Shown: positions 16,487 to 25,924, counted from the stretch's first letter. The stretch is 37,229 nt of DNA from Candidatus Uhrbacteria bacterium RIFCSPHIGHO2_02_FULL_53_13 (GCA_001791035.1 MGDX01000006.1:1787-39015); one strand, 5' to 3'. Numbers and translations: made by a program. Notes: generated by a model not told the origin, from the letters alone.

Positions 16487-17209
16487 ATGTTGCGCAGAGG
16501 CTTGGTTGCTTTGTTGGCTCTCGCATCTCTGCTGCCGGCGATGGGTTTTGCGTACACATCTCCGGGAACGCCATCGGGGTATGTGAACGATTTTGCGGAT
16601 ATTCTCTCGCCAAGCGCCGAAGCGACTTTAGAAGAAATGCTTTTGCAGTTCGAACAGGAGACATCGCACGAGATTGCGGTGGTCACAATTCCATCGCTTG
16701 GCGGAGATGATATTGAATCGTATGCCAACACGCTGTTTAGAGAGTGGGGCGTTGGACAGGCGGACGTCAACAACGGCGTGCTGTTTTTGGCGGCCATGGA
16801 GGATCGCAAGATGCGCATTGAGGTTGGCTACGGACTTGAAGGTGCGCTGACGGACATTGAAGCCAAGCACATCATTAGCAACGTGATTGCGCCGGCATTT
16901 CGGGAGGAAGACTTTGACGAGGGCATTGCCGCTGGGGTTGAAGCCATCAAGGCGGCGACAGAGTCGGAACTGGTCGTAGATGATGAGCAGAGTTTTTCGG
17001 TCGTTGCTTTTCTCACAATGTTCATTGGCATTTTCGTTGTCGCGTTCGTCATCATTGCCATTGGCTTTTACTTTTCACGAAAGGGCGGCGGGAAGGGCGG
17101 TCGGCGCAGTGGGTGGGATTGGAAGAGCGGATCGTCGAGCGGCGGCTCGTCCAGCGGAGGCTTTGGCGGCGGATCATCGGGAGGCGGCGGCGCGTCTGGA
17201 GGGTGGTAA
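16487..17209 (+). CDS. TPM-domain (YgcG-like) membrane protein with Gly/Ser-rich tail
   Basis: YVNDFADIL, WGVG...NNGVL, RIEVGYGLEG.LTD, TM, GGFGGGSSGGGGASGGW; start trimmed to ATG 16487. Confidence 0.9.
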   Translation: MLRRGLVALLALASLLPAMGFAYTSPGTPSGYVNDFADILSPSAEATLEEMLLQFEQETSHEIAVVTIPSLGGDDIESYANTLFREWGVGQADVNNGVLFLAAMEDRKMRIEVGYGLEGALTDIEAKHIISNVIAPAFREEDFDEGIAAGVEAIKAATESELVVDDEQSFSVVAFLTMFIGIFVVAFVIIAIGFYFSRKGGGKGGRRSGWDWKSGSSSGGSSSGGFGGGSSGGGGASGGW

Positions 17210-17286
17210 ACACGAAAGGTTACAAAAGAGTAGCGGCAGGCCTTGACGCCTGCTGTTTGTTTTGCTATAAAGGGTCGGGAACAATC

Positions 17287-17712
17287 ATGCCTCTGATCGA
17301 AATCAAAGGACTAGATCCAAGGATGTTGACGACGGACGTTGTGAGCTGTTTGAAGGCGTATCAATTGAGACATCAAGCAACTCTAGCCGACCATATTGAC
17401 GATCGAGTGTTGTGGGAGAGGATTGTTGAGCGTCGTGTCACGTCAATGATTCGCACGACAAGCTTTCCGAACTTTAGACAGGATACGACGGTGACGTTTA
17501 GCTTTTCGCTTTGGCGAGAAGCGACAGCGCAGAACGTTGTCGTGATTGTTCGTGGATTGTTTGTGCATCCCGACCGTACGCGCGACACAAAGAACGGTTT
17601 GCTTAACAGGCTGAACAGGGCGTTGTCCTGGTATATCCCCTTGGGTTGGGGACTGGAATTGTGGACGGAATCTGTCGATCTCCATTCGGAAGGGTACTGG
17701 GCACGTGAGTAA
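17287..17712 (+). CDS. Hypothetical protein, possibly tautomerase/MIF superfamily
   Basis: Begins MPLIEI (Pro-1 after Met removal); contains RTRDTKNGLLNRLNRAL, resembling the R-T-x-E-x-K helix; TTGACG...TGcTATAAA promoter-like sequence upstream. Confidence 0.55.
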   Translation: MPLIEIKGLDPRMLTTDVVSCLKAYQLRHQATLADHIDDRVLWERIVERRVTSMIRTTSFPNFRQDTTVTFSFSLWREATAQNVVVIVRGLFVHPDRTRDTKNGLLNRLNRALSWYIPLGWGLELWTESVDLHSEGYWARE

Positions 17713-18058
17713 TCCGATAGACCGAGGCCTTTGCCTCGTGCTCAAGGGCGGCAATCTGTCCCAAGACCTGCTAACGGCATGTCTGTATCAGGCACTCGCC
17801 ATGATCCGCGATCAGGCGAAACGGTTCGACTTTGACGGAAAAGATGCCGCGGGTCGAATCGTGAACACGGGACGCTACCAGTGCCTCGGCGGATTCGCCG
17901 GCGTGCTCGTTGAAGTCAACGTCGAGCACGGTGATTGCTCAACGAGCATGACGATGCTCGTCAAACCCGTGGACCACTTCCCGATGGGAGAGTGGAAGAA
18001 CGTCGTACTCGACGATGGAAAATGGCGGCTTGAGAACGAAGAGCCGTGTTGGAACTAA
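17705..18058 (+). CDS. Hypothetical protein
   Basis: 117-aa ORF overlapping the upstream stop and followed by a terminator. Confidence 0.6.
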   Translation: MSNPIDRGLCLVLKGGNLSQDLLTACLYQALAMIRDQAKRFDFDGKDAAGRIVNTGRYQCLGGFAGVLVEVNVEHGDCSTSMTMLVKPVDHFPMGEWKNVVLDDGKWRLENEEPCWN

Positions 18059-18064
18059 CGCAAA

Positions 18065-18098
18065 CACCCCGGTCGCTTGGCCGGGGTGCGCTTTTTTT
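18065..18098 (+). terminator. Rho-independent terminator
   Basis: CACCCCGGTC-gctt-GGCCGGGGTG then T7. Confidence 0.8.
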
Positions 18099-18119
18099 CA
18101 AAAATCGGTTTGAGTCTTT

Positions 18120-18206
18120 TGGTGGGCGGAGAGGGAATCGAACCCTCACAGTATTGCTACCACTGGATTTTGAGTCCAGCGCGTCTACCAATTCCGCCAT
18201 CCGCCC
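18120..18206 (-). tRNA. tRNA-Leu (CAA)
   Basis: GGGCGGA TG GCG GAATTGGTAGA CGC G CTGGA CT CAA AA TCCAG, long variable arm, GAGGG TTCGATT CCCTC TCCGCCC A CCA. Confidence 0.95.
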
Positions 18207-18253
18207 CCCAAAAGACACAAAAAATTCTCTCGTTATTGCTCAAAACATCTTCG

Positions 18254-18282
18254 ATCGTATGCGGATTTGCTCGAGTTGTCAA
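18254..18282 (-). promoter_or_regulatory. sigma70 promoter for tRNA-Leu
   Basis: TTGACA-17 bp-TACGAT on the minus strand. Confidence 0.7.
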
Positions 18283-18341
18283 CATGTACGGCGTTGTCCA
18301 CACGCACGTATGTCGATATTTTGTTATACTGCAAACGGACT

Positions 18342-19133
18342 ATGGCGCAGATTTTCGCGATCGTAAACCAGAAAGGGGGAGTTGGAAAAACGACGACGAC
18401 CCTTAATCTGGGAGCGTATTTGAGTGCATGCGGAAAAAAGGTGCTTATGGTGGACTTGGATCCGCAGGCCAATGCCACATCTGGAATTGGCATTGACCAT
18501 CAAGCGCTTGAGCAAAGTGTGTATGATCTGTTGGTCGGTCGCGTCACGATTGGGCAGGTGATTTACAAAACCTCGCACGATGGCCTCCACATCGTGCCGT
18601 CCAATCAGGCGCTCGCGGGCGCCAGCGTGGAGCTCGTGAGCGAGCAGAATCGCGAATTCAAACTCGCGCAAGCGCTCGAGCCGGTGCGTACAGAGTACGA
18701 CTTTATTCTGGTGGATTGCCCTCCGTCGCTCGGCCTTCTGACGCTCAACGGGCTTGTCGCCGCCGATCGTGTGCTCATTCCCATTCAAGCCGAGTACTAC
18801 GCGCTCGAAGGATTGGGGCAACTGCTCAACACGATTCGTCTTGTGAAAGAGAACCTGCGGCCGGAGCTCGATGTGTTTGGCGCGCTCATCACCATGTACG
18901 ACAGCCGCACGCGCCTTTCCAAAGACGTGATGACGGAGCTGTACCGTCACTTTCCCGACAAAATCTTCCGTTCGGTTATTCCTCGTTCGGTGCGCTTGGC
19001 GGAAGCCCCGAGCTTTGGGCAAACGATTTTGGGGTATGCGCCGGACAGCAAAGCCGCGCGTTCCTATGAACGTCTGCGCGATGAATTTCTTGTGAGATTT
19101 GATGAAGGGGCCTTAGTGCCATCCATGCTATGA
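18342..19133 (+). CDS. parA: Chromosome partitioning ATPase ParA/Soj
   Basis: NQKGGVGKTTT, DLDPQANAT, DCPPSLG, QAEYYALEG, RLAEAPSFG; start trimmed to MAQIF. Confidence 0.96.
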   Translation: MAQIFAIVNQKGGVGKTTTTLNLGAYLSACGKKVLMVDLDPQANATSGIGIDHQALEQSVYDLLVGRVTIGQVIYKTSHDGLHIVPSNQALAGASVELVSEQNREFKLAQALEPVRTEYDFILVDCPPSLGLLTLNGLVAADRVLIPIQAEYYALEGLGQLLNTIRLVKENLRPELDVFGALITMYDSRTRLSKDVMTELYRHFPDKIFRSVIPRSVRLAEAPSFGQTILGYAPDSKAARSYERLRDEFLVRFDEGALVPSML

Positions 19134-20035
19134 AAAAAAAATCAGGACTTGGGAAGGGGCTTGGTTCGCTTATTCCGGAAAGGAGCGTTGAGCGTGTCAT
19201 CAGCGCGTCGGCCGATCCGAAAACAACTTCGGGGCGAGTGCTTGAAGTTCCCGTGGACAGCATTGAAGTGAATCCGCGTCAACCGCGCACGCATTTTAGT
19301 CCCAGCGATTTAGAAGATTTGATTGCCAGTATCAAGCAGTACGGCATCGTCCAGCCGCTTGTCGTGACGCAAACGAACGCCGGGTATCAACTCATCGCGG
19401 GCGAGCGTCGTCTGCGTTCGGCAAAAATGCTGGGGCTCGAGTATGTGCCCGTGGTGGTGCGCACGGCGACCGATCAAGAAAAGCTCGAGCTCGCTTTGAT
19501 TGAGAACATCCAGCGTCAGGATTTAAACGCGGTGGAAGAAGCGCGCGCGTATCGTGCGCTCATGGACTCGTTTGATTTGACGCAAGAGGAAGTGGCCAAG
19601 CGTGTGGGAAAAAGTCGCAGTGCGGTAGCAAACACGATTCGCTTGTTGGACTTGAATGAGGAGATGCTCGAGGCGCTCATGGACGGTGAGATTACGCGTT
19701 CGCACGCTCGCGCGCTCTTGGCGCAAAGCGATCCGATATTGCGCAACCAAATGTTTTTGCAAATGCTCGCCGGCGATTTGTCGGTGCGTGAGGCGGAAGT
19801 GCTTTCCACCAACAAGCGCTCGGTTCGCCAACCGTCTTCTGTTTCTAAAGACCCGAATGTCGAGGCGCAAGAACGCTCGCTCGAATCCTTGTTTGGCACC
19901 AAGGTGCGCATTGAAACAAAACCGGACGGCAAAGGAAAAATTGTCATCCACTATTTTTCCAACGAGGAAATGTACAAAGTGCTGGATTTGATGGGCACGA
20001 TTCACGTGGAAGTCGAAGCCCACCGGGCTTTTTAG
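19130..20035 (+). CDS. parB: Chromosome partitioning protein ParB/Spo0J
   Basis: GLGKGLGSLI, NPRQPR, IAGERRLR, ENIQRQDLN.VEEA, HTH GKSRSAVANT.RL. Confidence 0.96.
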   Translation: MKKKSGLGKGLGSLIPERSVERVISASADPKTTSGRVLEVPVDSIEVNPRQPRTHFSPSDLEDLIASIKQYGIVQPLVVTQTNAGYQLIAGERRLRSAKMLGLEYVPVVVRTATDQEKLELALIENIQRQDLNAVEEARAYRALMDSFDLTQEEVAKRVGKSRSAVANTIRLLDLNEEMLEALMDGEITRSHARALLAQSDPILRNQMFLQMLAGDLSVREAEVLSTNKRSVRQPSSVSKDPNVEAQERSLESLFGTKVRIETKPDGKGKIVIHYFSNEEMYKVLDLMGTIHVEVEAHRAF

Positions 20036-20041
20036 CCGGCT

Positions 20042-21553
20042 TCAGATTCTTTTTGTTTTCGTGGCGGCTCCCATCATTCCATCAATCCACTGTCTCACGC
20101 GATTCCGCGTCGCCGCGCGGATTTTTGATTGCGCGTGATGCGTTTTGACGAATTTGAGCCAATCCGGATTCGGGCCTTTGCGCTTTTTGTCGGTGACAAT
20201 GATGCACAAATCGCCGGATTTGAGCGGCAGGTCGAGTGGCACGGCATGATCGTTCACGCTCGCCGACACGCATTTGTTTCCAACGTCGGTGTGAATATGA
20301 TACGCAAAATCAACGGGCGTCGATCCTTCCGGCAGGTCAATCACATCGCCCTCGGGAGTCAGAACAAAAATGCGATCTTGAAACATGTCGAGCTTCACTT
20401 CGTCCAAGTGTTTGAGAAAATCTTTTCCGCTGGAAATTTCTTTGTGGATGTCAATCAGATCCTGCATCCACGGAATCTTTGGCGGGTCTTCTGAACCGTG
20501 CTGTTTGTAATGCCAATGTGCCGCCACGCCAAACTCGGCTTCGTTATGCATGTCTTTGGTGCGAATCTGAAACTCGACAATGCCGCAGTGTTCATCCAAG
20601 ACGGTGCTGTGCAATGACTGATATCCGTTCGGCTTTGGCTGGGCAATGTAGTCCTTGATGCGGCCTTTGAGCGGCACCCAGTGTGAGTGCAAGATACCAA
20701 GAGCGGCATAGCAATCGGTAACGGAGTCCACGATCATACGTATGGCAATGAGATCGTAAATCTTGGAAACGTCTCCGTGATACGACTGCAGTTTGCGCCA
20801 AAAGCTGTACAGAAATTTGCGGCGGCCAGAAATGTATTGAATCGGAATATGGGCTTTCTGAAGCTGTGTTCGCGCTTCGGCGATGGTGAATTCTATATCG
20901 TCGGTTCTGACCTGCACCTGTTGATCAAAGAGTGTTTTTGCGGCGTCATACTCCTGTGGCATGGCATATCGAAACGCGTTGTCTTCGAGCCGCCCCTTCA
21001 TCTCACCCATGCCCAAACGACCAGCAATTGGTGCGTAAATTTCCAGCACTTCTTTGGCAACACGCTGGCGTTTGTGTTCCGGCATGGCAAAGAGTGTTTC
21101 GACATTGTGCAGGCGATCGGCAAACTTAATAAAGACGACGCGGACGTCCGCCGCCATAGCCAGAAACATCTTGCGCAGATTCTCGGCGTAGCGATCGATG
21201 CCGCGATATTTGACCTTCCCAAGTTTGGTGACGCCGGCCACCATGGAGGCGATGTCCTCGCCAAACGCCTCTTGCACATCTTCGAGTGTACGATCCGTAT
21301 CTTCGGGGACATCGTGCAACAAACCGGCGATGACGATTTCAAGTGGGAGTTGCATTTCGGCCAAGCGCACGGCTGTGGCAATAGGGTGGATGATGTAAGA
21401 GGCGCCGGAGTAACGTCGCTTGGTTCCGTGCGCTTCTTTGGCATACAAATATGCATCCCGGACGCGATCAATGTCAGGATGTTCGTAGTGTGTTTTGAGG
21501 ACGCGCTCAAGGTCCTCAAATGACCACAGGTACTCTTGTGGTTGAGATTTCAT
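20042..21553 (-). CDS. rel: Bifunctional (p)ppGpp synthetase/hydrolase Rel, C-terminally truncated (HD-SYNTH-TGS-helical)
   Basis: LHDVPEDT, KFADRLHN, DLIAIR, KDYIAQPKPNGYQSLH, EFQIRT, TGS (TPVDFAYHIHTDVG); start trimmed to MKSQP (503 aa). Confidence 0.93.
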   Translation of the reverse strand: MKSQPQEYLWSFEDLERVLKTHYEHPDIDRVRDAYLYAKEAHGTKRRYSGASYIIHPIATAVRLAEMQLPLEIVIAGLLHDVPEDTDRTLEDVQEAFGEDIASMVAGVTKLGKVKYRGIDRYAENLRKMFLAMAADVRVVFIKFADRLHNVETLFAMPEHKRQRVAKEVLEIYAPIAGRLGMGEMKGRLEDNAFRYAMPQEYDAAKTLFDQQVQVRTDDIEFTIAEARTQLQKAHIPIQYISGRRKFLYSFWRKLQSYHGDVSKIYDLIAIRMIVDSVTDCYAALGILHSHWVPLKGRIKDYIAQPKPNGYQSLHSTVLDEHCGIVEFQIRTKDMHNEAEFGVAAHWHYKQHGSEDPPKIPWMQDLIDIHKEISSGKDFLKHLDEVKLDMFQDRIFVLTPEGDVIDLPEGSTPVDFAYHIHTDVGNKCVSASVNDHAVPLDLPLKSGDLCIIVTDKKRKGPNPDWLKFVKTHHAQSKIRAATRNRVRQWIDGMMGAATKTKRI

Positions 21554-21647
21554 GTGCGATGCTGTGTCAAGGGTGCCAAAAAAGCGTATCCTAGCCAATT
21601 CTTTCTGTAAAGTGTAGGCTGTGCGTATTATTCGTGTAGTCCATTGT

Positions 21648-22196
21648 ATGGCAGAACGTGAATTGGCTCGCGCAAGAGCTGAAGAACAAGCGGTAACAAC
21701 AGAGTCGGAGCGTCCACGTGAACAACCAAGGGGTGAAACTGCAGAAGCGGCCGCGGAAACGGCTCCTGCGCCCGCTCGTGTAAGTGATGGGGAGCGCGCG
21801 GCGGCGACGGAAAGCGCAACGGTGGGCGCGCGAGAAGCCGTGAGCGCGCGCGATCGGCTTGTTGGCGCGGCAAAAAAAGCGGGAAAGGGAGCGCTGGGCG
21901 CGGCAAAAGCCACAGGCAAAGCGGCGGGAAAAGCCGTCTCTTTCAGCGGTGGATGGTTAGGCAACGAAATGGTGTCCGATTGGAATCGCACGGCGTTGGG
22001 GTTTGGCGAGCGCATGCGGCGCATCACGAATGTCGCGGGGCGAATCTTCAATCCGTTCATTCGCATGGGAGCGGCGATGGAAGATTGGGCAAAGGGATAT
22101 CCTCCGTTTAGTTGGTTTATGAAAAAGACGGACACGACAGAAGCGTTGGAAGATCTTCTTCCGGATTACGGAAAAGGCGATGGCAAGAAGAAATAA
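21648..22196 (+). CDS. Hypothetical protein with Ala/Glu-rich low-complexity N-terminal half
   Basis: 182-aa ORF divergent from rel, ending at a stem-loop. Confidence 0.6.
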   Translation: MAERELARARAEEQAVTTESERPREQPRGETAEAAAETAPAPARVSDGERAAATESATVGAREAVSARDRLVGAAKKAGKGALGAAKATGKAAGKAVSFSGGWLGNEMVSDWNRTALGFGERMRRITNVAGRIFNPFIRMGAAMEDWAKGYPPFSWFMKKTDTTEALEDLLPDYGKGDGKKK

Positions 22197-22199
22197 CAG

Positions 22200-22230
22200 C
22201 ACCCGGCGCATCGAGGACGATGGCCGGGTG
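22200..22230. terminator. Stem-loop between convergent genes
   Basis: CACCCGGC-g-CATCG-agga-CGATG-GCCGGGTG. Confidence 0.65.
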
Positions 22231-23559
22231 TTAGATGTGGAGCTCTCTCTTCAGCTGCTGCATGGTGTACCTCCAGTTTTTGCTCCGTACAAGTCGGTTA
22301 TTCCATTCGACGCCAAAGAGCGATGGCGGTCGAATGGTGGGGAGAAACTGTTGGAACCGGCGCCAGGCAAAAAGCCGGTCGTTCTCATCTCCCATGCTAA
22401 ACAATACGTTTGCCGCTACCGACAGCGGCAAGACCTGTATTTCTACAGGATGTCCCGCAATCATCGCGTGGACACGGTGCGCGCGAAAACGCGTGGATGC
22501 GAACGCGCTCTTTGAAGCGGTCGCATCGGCACTCGGCACACGGCCTGGACGCGGCATGGCCGTCAGTCCGGCGAGAGTGACTCCGAGATTGGCAAAGAGC
22601 CACACACCCATCTCATCAAATTCCTCATCGGCAACGACGAGCCGAACGCCCATGGCGTCAGGCGTGTACGTTCGTCCCGACTGCGACTTTGCGCAGAATT
22701 TGAACCACCGCGTTAGGGGACCCTTGACGCGGATCATGATGTACGCCTCAATCGTTCGGTCGTTCCACGGGACGCCTACGCGACATCCGTGAATGTCGGC
22801 AAGCTGCTCCACGGACTGTGCAGACGTTCCTGGCCGCAGAAAGCGACAACACTGAAGCTGGTTGCTCGACATCACGATCGGGAGAGACGTGGGTTCCCAC
22901 GATCCCGTCACCAATTCGTGACTCTCAAAATACGCTCGAACGAGCCGAATCTCGTCATCCGACACGGCGATCGCTCCTCCCGTATCGGTTCCGTCATCGC
23001 TGGCGCCTTCCGGAGTATCGTCGCGCATGCTTTCAAGAAGCCGCGTGCGAAATTCCGGATCGTCGCGCAGGATGATATCGAGTGACTGGAGCGTCATAAG
23101 GAAGATGAGGCGCGCTTCGTAAGCGCGGCGCTGATCCTCCACTGTCCTTGGCGCTTCTTGAGGGAAAGCGGCCGTGCGCAGGCGCACCACCGAGTCGCCG
23201 ATGCCAAGGATTGGCAGGGCAATTTCGTGATAGGCGGGGTCCACGAAACGTCGCACACAGCGGCGCAAGTCGCGCTTCAACTGTCGTGCCAACACGCGGA
23301 ACATTTCTGCGAGCGTATCTAAACCGCGCTCGGTCTGTTCCTCGTCGTCGGCGTACTGCCGTGCGAGCGGCCCAAAGATGAGCCCGAGGGCATGCGACGG
23401 ATCTTCGAGAATCGTCGCCGTCTCACGTTCCAACATGTCAATCAATGCACGCTGGACTTCTGTCAACTGTCTCCAATCCTCGCTGTCCCGATCGATCACG
23501 GGAATCAGGAGGCTGGGCAGTGCCAGGTCCATGTTGTTTCCGGTAATCGGGCGGTCCAT
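22231..23559 (-). CDS. Divergent RelA/SpoT-type nucleotidyltransferase (SAS-like) domain protein with a long N-terminal region
   Basis: C-terminal motifs in the expected order: RVKGPLTRWFK, DAMGVRLVV, FRAHRVH, PVEIQVL. Confidence 0.6.
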   Translation of the reverse strand: MDRPITGNNMDLALPSLLIPVIDRDSEDWRQLTEVQRALIDMLERETATILEDPSHALGLIFGPLARQYADDEEQTERGLDTLAEMFRVLARQLKRDLRRCVRRFVDPAYHEIALPILGIGDSVVRLRTAAFPQEAPRTVEDQRRAYEARLIFLMTLQSLDIILRDDPEFRTRLLESMRDDTPEGASDDGTDTGGAIAVSDDEIRLVRAYFESHELVTGSWEPTSLPIVMSSNQLQCCRFLRPGTSAQSVEQLADIHGCRVGVPWNDRTIEAYIMIRVKGPLTRWFKFCAKSQSGRTYTPDAMGVRLVVADEEFDEMGVWLFANLGVTLAGLTAMPRPGRVPSADATASKSAFASTRFRAHRVHAMIAGHPVEIQVLPLSVAANVLFSMGDENDRLFAWRRFQQFLPTIRPPSLFGVEWNNRLVRSKNWRYTMQQLKRELHI

Positions 23560-23584
23560 TGTAGGGTACCTTTGATCCGAGCGG

Positions 23585-23613
23585 AGTATCGTCTTTTTTT
23601 GTCAAAATGTCAA
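23585..23613 (-). promoter_or_regulatory. Candidate sigma70 promoter for the SAS-like gene
   Basis: TTGACA (23613-23608)-17 bp-GATACT (23590-23585). Confidence 0.6.
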
Positions 23614-23626
23614 TCTCCTCTCTCGT

Positions 23627-23664
23627 AAAATCAATATCCACCAACACATATCGGTGGATATTGA
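23627..23664 (-). terminator. Terminator downstream of topA
   Basis: 12-bp perfect inverted repeat TCAATATCCACC/GGTGGATATTGA followed by T4 on the minus strand. Confidence 0.7.
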
Positions 23665-23668
23665 GTTC

Positions 23669-25924
23669 CTACTTTACGTTTGCCCGTTTGTGTCGAGAAC
23701 GTTTTGGCTTCTTCAAAAGTTCAATGGCTTGTTCGAGCGTGATGTCGAGCACCGTAAAATCGGCCTTGGCTGGAATACTGCGCGATTCCTCGTCGCAAGC
23801 AATGTACGGGCCAAAGCGGCCAACGTGCGCGGTGACTTCAGAGTCTTGATACGTGCCAAGCGTACGCGGAAGGGACAGTAGGGAACTGGCGATTTCAAGC
23901 GTCACGTCGTCCGGCGCCATGCCGCGCAATAAGCTCGCGCGCTTGAGTTTTTGCTTTTTGCCGTCCACCTCTTCTTCCTCTCCCAGTTGCACATACGGAC
24001 CAAAGCGCCCAGTGCGCAGTGTAACGGCTTTTTGCGTTGCCGCGTCCGTGCCAAGCACCTTCGGTTCTTGCAGTGCTTGCTTTGTGCCGTCCTTGTTGAG
24101 CGCGATGGTGTGCTTGCACTCGGGATAATTTGAGCACGCCATAAACTTGCCGAAGCGCCCAAGTTTGATGACCATCGGGCTTTGGCATTTTTCGCACAGC
24201 TCGTCGGTCTTCTCCTCGGTGAGTTCTTTTTTGTTCACCTCCTGCTCTTTTTGCGTGATGCGTTCTTGAAGCGGCTCAAAAAAGTCGCGCACGAGCGGAA
24301 CCCAATCGCGCGCTCCTTCTTCGACGCGATCCAAATCCGCTTCCATGGTGGCCGTAAAATCTTTGTCAACGATGTTGGGAAAGTGCTCGACTAGAAGGTC
24401 GTTGACGACAAACGCAATGTCGGTCGGAAACAGTTTTTTGTTGTCGTCGCGCTCCACATAGCCGCGGTCGATGATGGTTGAAATGGTCGGCGCGTAGGTG
24501 GATGGCCGGCCGATGCCGTTTTCTTCGAGCGTTTTGACGAGCGTCGCGTCCGAGTAGCGCGCCGGCGGTTCGGTAAAGTGCTGCGTTGGCGTGAGGTTTG
24601 AAAGCGCTACGGGGTCGTGCTCTTTGAGTTCGGGAAGAAGCGTTTCTTTGGAGGCATCGGGATACAGCTTCATGTAACCGTCAAACACAATCACATTTCC
24701 GCTCGCGCGAAACGTGCCGTGCTCTCCGACAAGATCAACGCCCTGCTTGCGCAGTTTCGCCGGTGCCATTTGTGTGGCGACCGCGCGCCGCCAAATGAGG
24801 TCGTACAGTTTGAATTGTGTCGGATCTAGGTGCACGCGTACAGAATCTGGCGTGCGCGCCGCGCTTGTGGGGCGAATCGCCTCGTGCGCTTCCTGCGCGC
24901 CTTTCGCGTTTGTCTTGAAATGCCGCGGCTTATCGGCACGATACGCTTGGCCAAACGCCCCCTCTATAAACTCGTGTGCCTCGGACACAAACACATCCGC
25001 CATGTTGAGCGAGTCGGTGCGCATATACGTGATGAGCCCCGTCATACCGTCTTTGCCAAGCGCCACGCCTTCGTACAACTGTTGAGCCACGCGCATGGTT
25101 TGCTTGGAGCTCATGTGCAGTTTGTTGTTGGCGTCTTGTTGGAGCGTCGAGGTTTTGTACGGCGGCTTTGGCTGTTTGGTCTGCTCCTTTGTTTCAATGG
25201 ACGCGACGCGGTAGGTGTCGCTTCGCAAAACGGCTACCATCTCGTGTGCTTCTGCGTCGGTTTTGATGTCCATCTTGCCAACCTTTTTTTCACGATACGT
25301 CTTGAGTTTTGCGTCGAACGGAACGTTGGCATGTACAAATACGGCGTCGAGCGACCAGTATTCTTCGGAAATAAAAGCTTGGCGTTCACGTTCGCGTTCA
25401 ACGATGAATCGCATGGCGACCGATTGCACGCGACCGGCCGACAAACCGCGCGCGACTTTTTTCCATAAAAACGGCGAGAGCGTATAGCCCACCAAGCGGT
25501 CGAGGACGCGGCGGGCTTGTTGAGCTTGAAACAGATCGAGGTTGATGGAGCGCGGATGCGACATGGCCTCGTCAATGGCACGCTTGGTAATTTCGTGAAA
25601 CACGATGCGCTTGGCGGTCTTGGGATTGATCTTCAAAACATGCGCGATATGCCAAGCAATCGCTTCACCTTCGCGATCATCGTCTGTGGCGATATAAACG
25701 TCGTTCGCTTTGCTGGCCGCCGCCTTGAGCTCGCTGACGCGCTTGCGTTTGTCGGGAGGGATCACGTACTTGGGTTCGTAGCCGTGCTCGGTATCCACGC
25801 CGATTTTCGACTTTGGCAAATCGCGGATGTGCCCGTACGAAGACACCACATCAAAAGCGTCGCCGAGCATGCGTTTGATGGTCTTGGCCTTTGTGGGGGA
25901 CTCTACGATGACGAGACGGTTCAT
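23669..25924 (-). CDS. topA: DNA topoisomerase I (type IA)
   Basis: LVIVESPTKAKTI, ATDDDREGE, SAGRVQS, LITYMRTD, AQEAHEAIRPT, GIGRPSTY, one C4 zinc ribbon plus Toprim C-terminal repeats; start trimmed to MNRLV. Confidence 0.97.
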   Translation of the reverse strand: MNRLVIVESPTKAKTIKRMLGDAFDVVSSYGHIRDLPKSKIGVDTEHGYEPKYVIPPDKRKRVSELKAAASKANDVYIATDDDREGEAIAWHIAHVLKINPKTAKRIVFHEITKRAIDEAMSHPRSINLDLFQAQQARRVLDRLVGYTLSPFLWKKVARGLSAGRVQSVAMRFIVERERERQAFISEEYWSLDAVFVHANVPFDAKLKTYREKKVGKMDIKTDAEAHEMVAVLRSDTYRVASIETKEQTKQPKPPYKTSTLQQDANNKLHMSSKQTMRVAQQLYEGVALGKDGMTGLITYMRTDSLNMADVFVSEAHEFIEGAFGQAYRADKPRHFKTNAKGAQEAHEAIRPTSAARTPDSVRVHLDPTQFKLYDLIWRRAVATQMAPAKLRKQGVDLVGEHGTFRASGNVIVFDGYMKLYPDASKETLLPELKEHDPVALSNLTPTQHFTEPPARYSDATLVKTLEENGIGRPSTYAPTISTIIDRGYVERDDNKKLFPTDIAFVVNDLLVEHFPNIVDKDFTATMEADLDRVEEGARDWVPLVRDFFEPLQERITQKEQEVNKKELTEEKTDELCEKCQSPMVIKLGRFGKFMACSNYPECKHTIALNKDGTKQALQEPKVLGTDAATQKAVTLRTGRFGPYVQLGEEEEVDGKKQKLKRASLLRGMAPDDVTLEIASSLLSLPRTLGTYQDSEVTAHVGRFGPYIACDEESRSIPAKADFTVLDITLEQAIELLKKPKRSRHKRANVK

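Noticed and set aside
17090..17209. GGC/AGC-rich low-complexity stretch
   Set aside because: It encodes the normal Gly/Ser tail of TPM-domain proteins and is not a repeat array.
19998..20013. parS-like sequence CGATTCACGTGGAAGT at the end of parB
   Set aside because: Only about 12/16 match to the TGTTNCACGTGAAACA consensus and the palindrome ends are broken.
21554..22135. 194-aa N-terminal extension of Rel in the ORF track
   Set aside because: It is the antisense shadow of the plus-strand 21648-22196 ORF; Rel homology begins near MKSQP at 21553.
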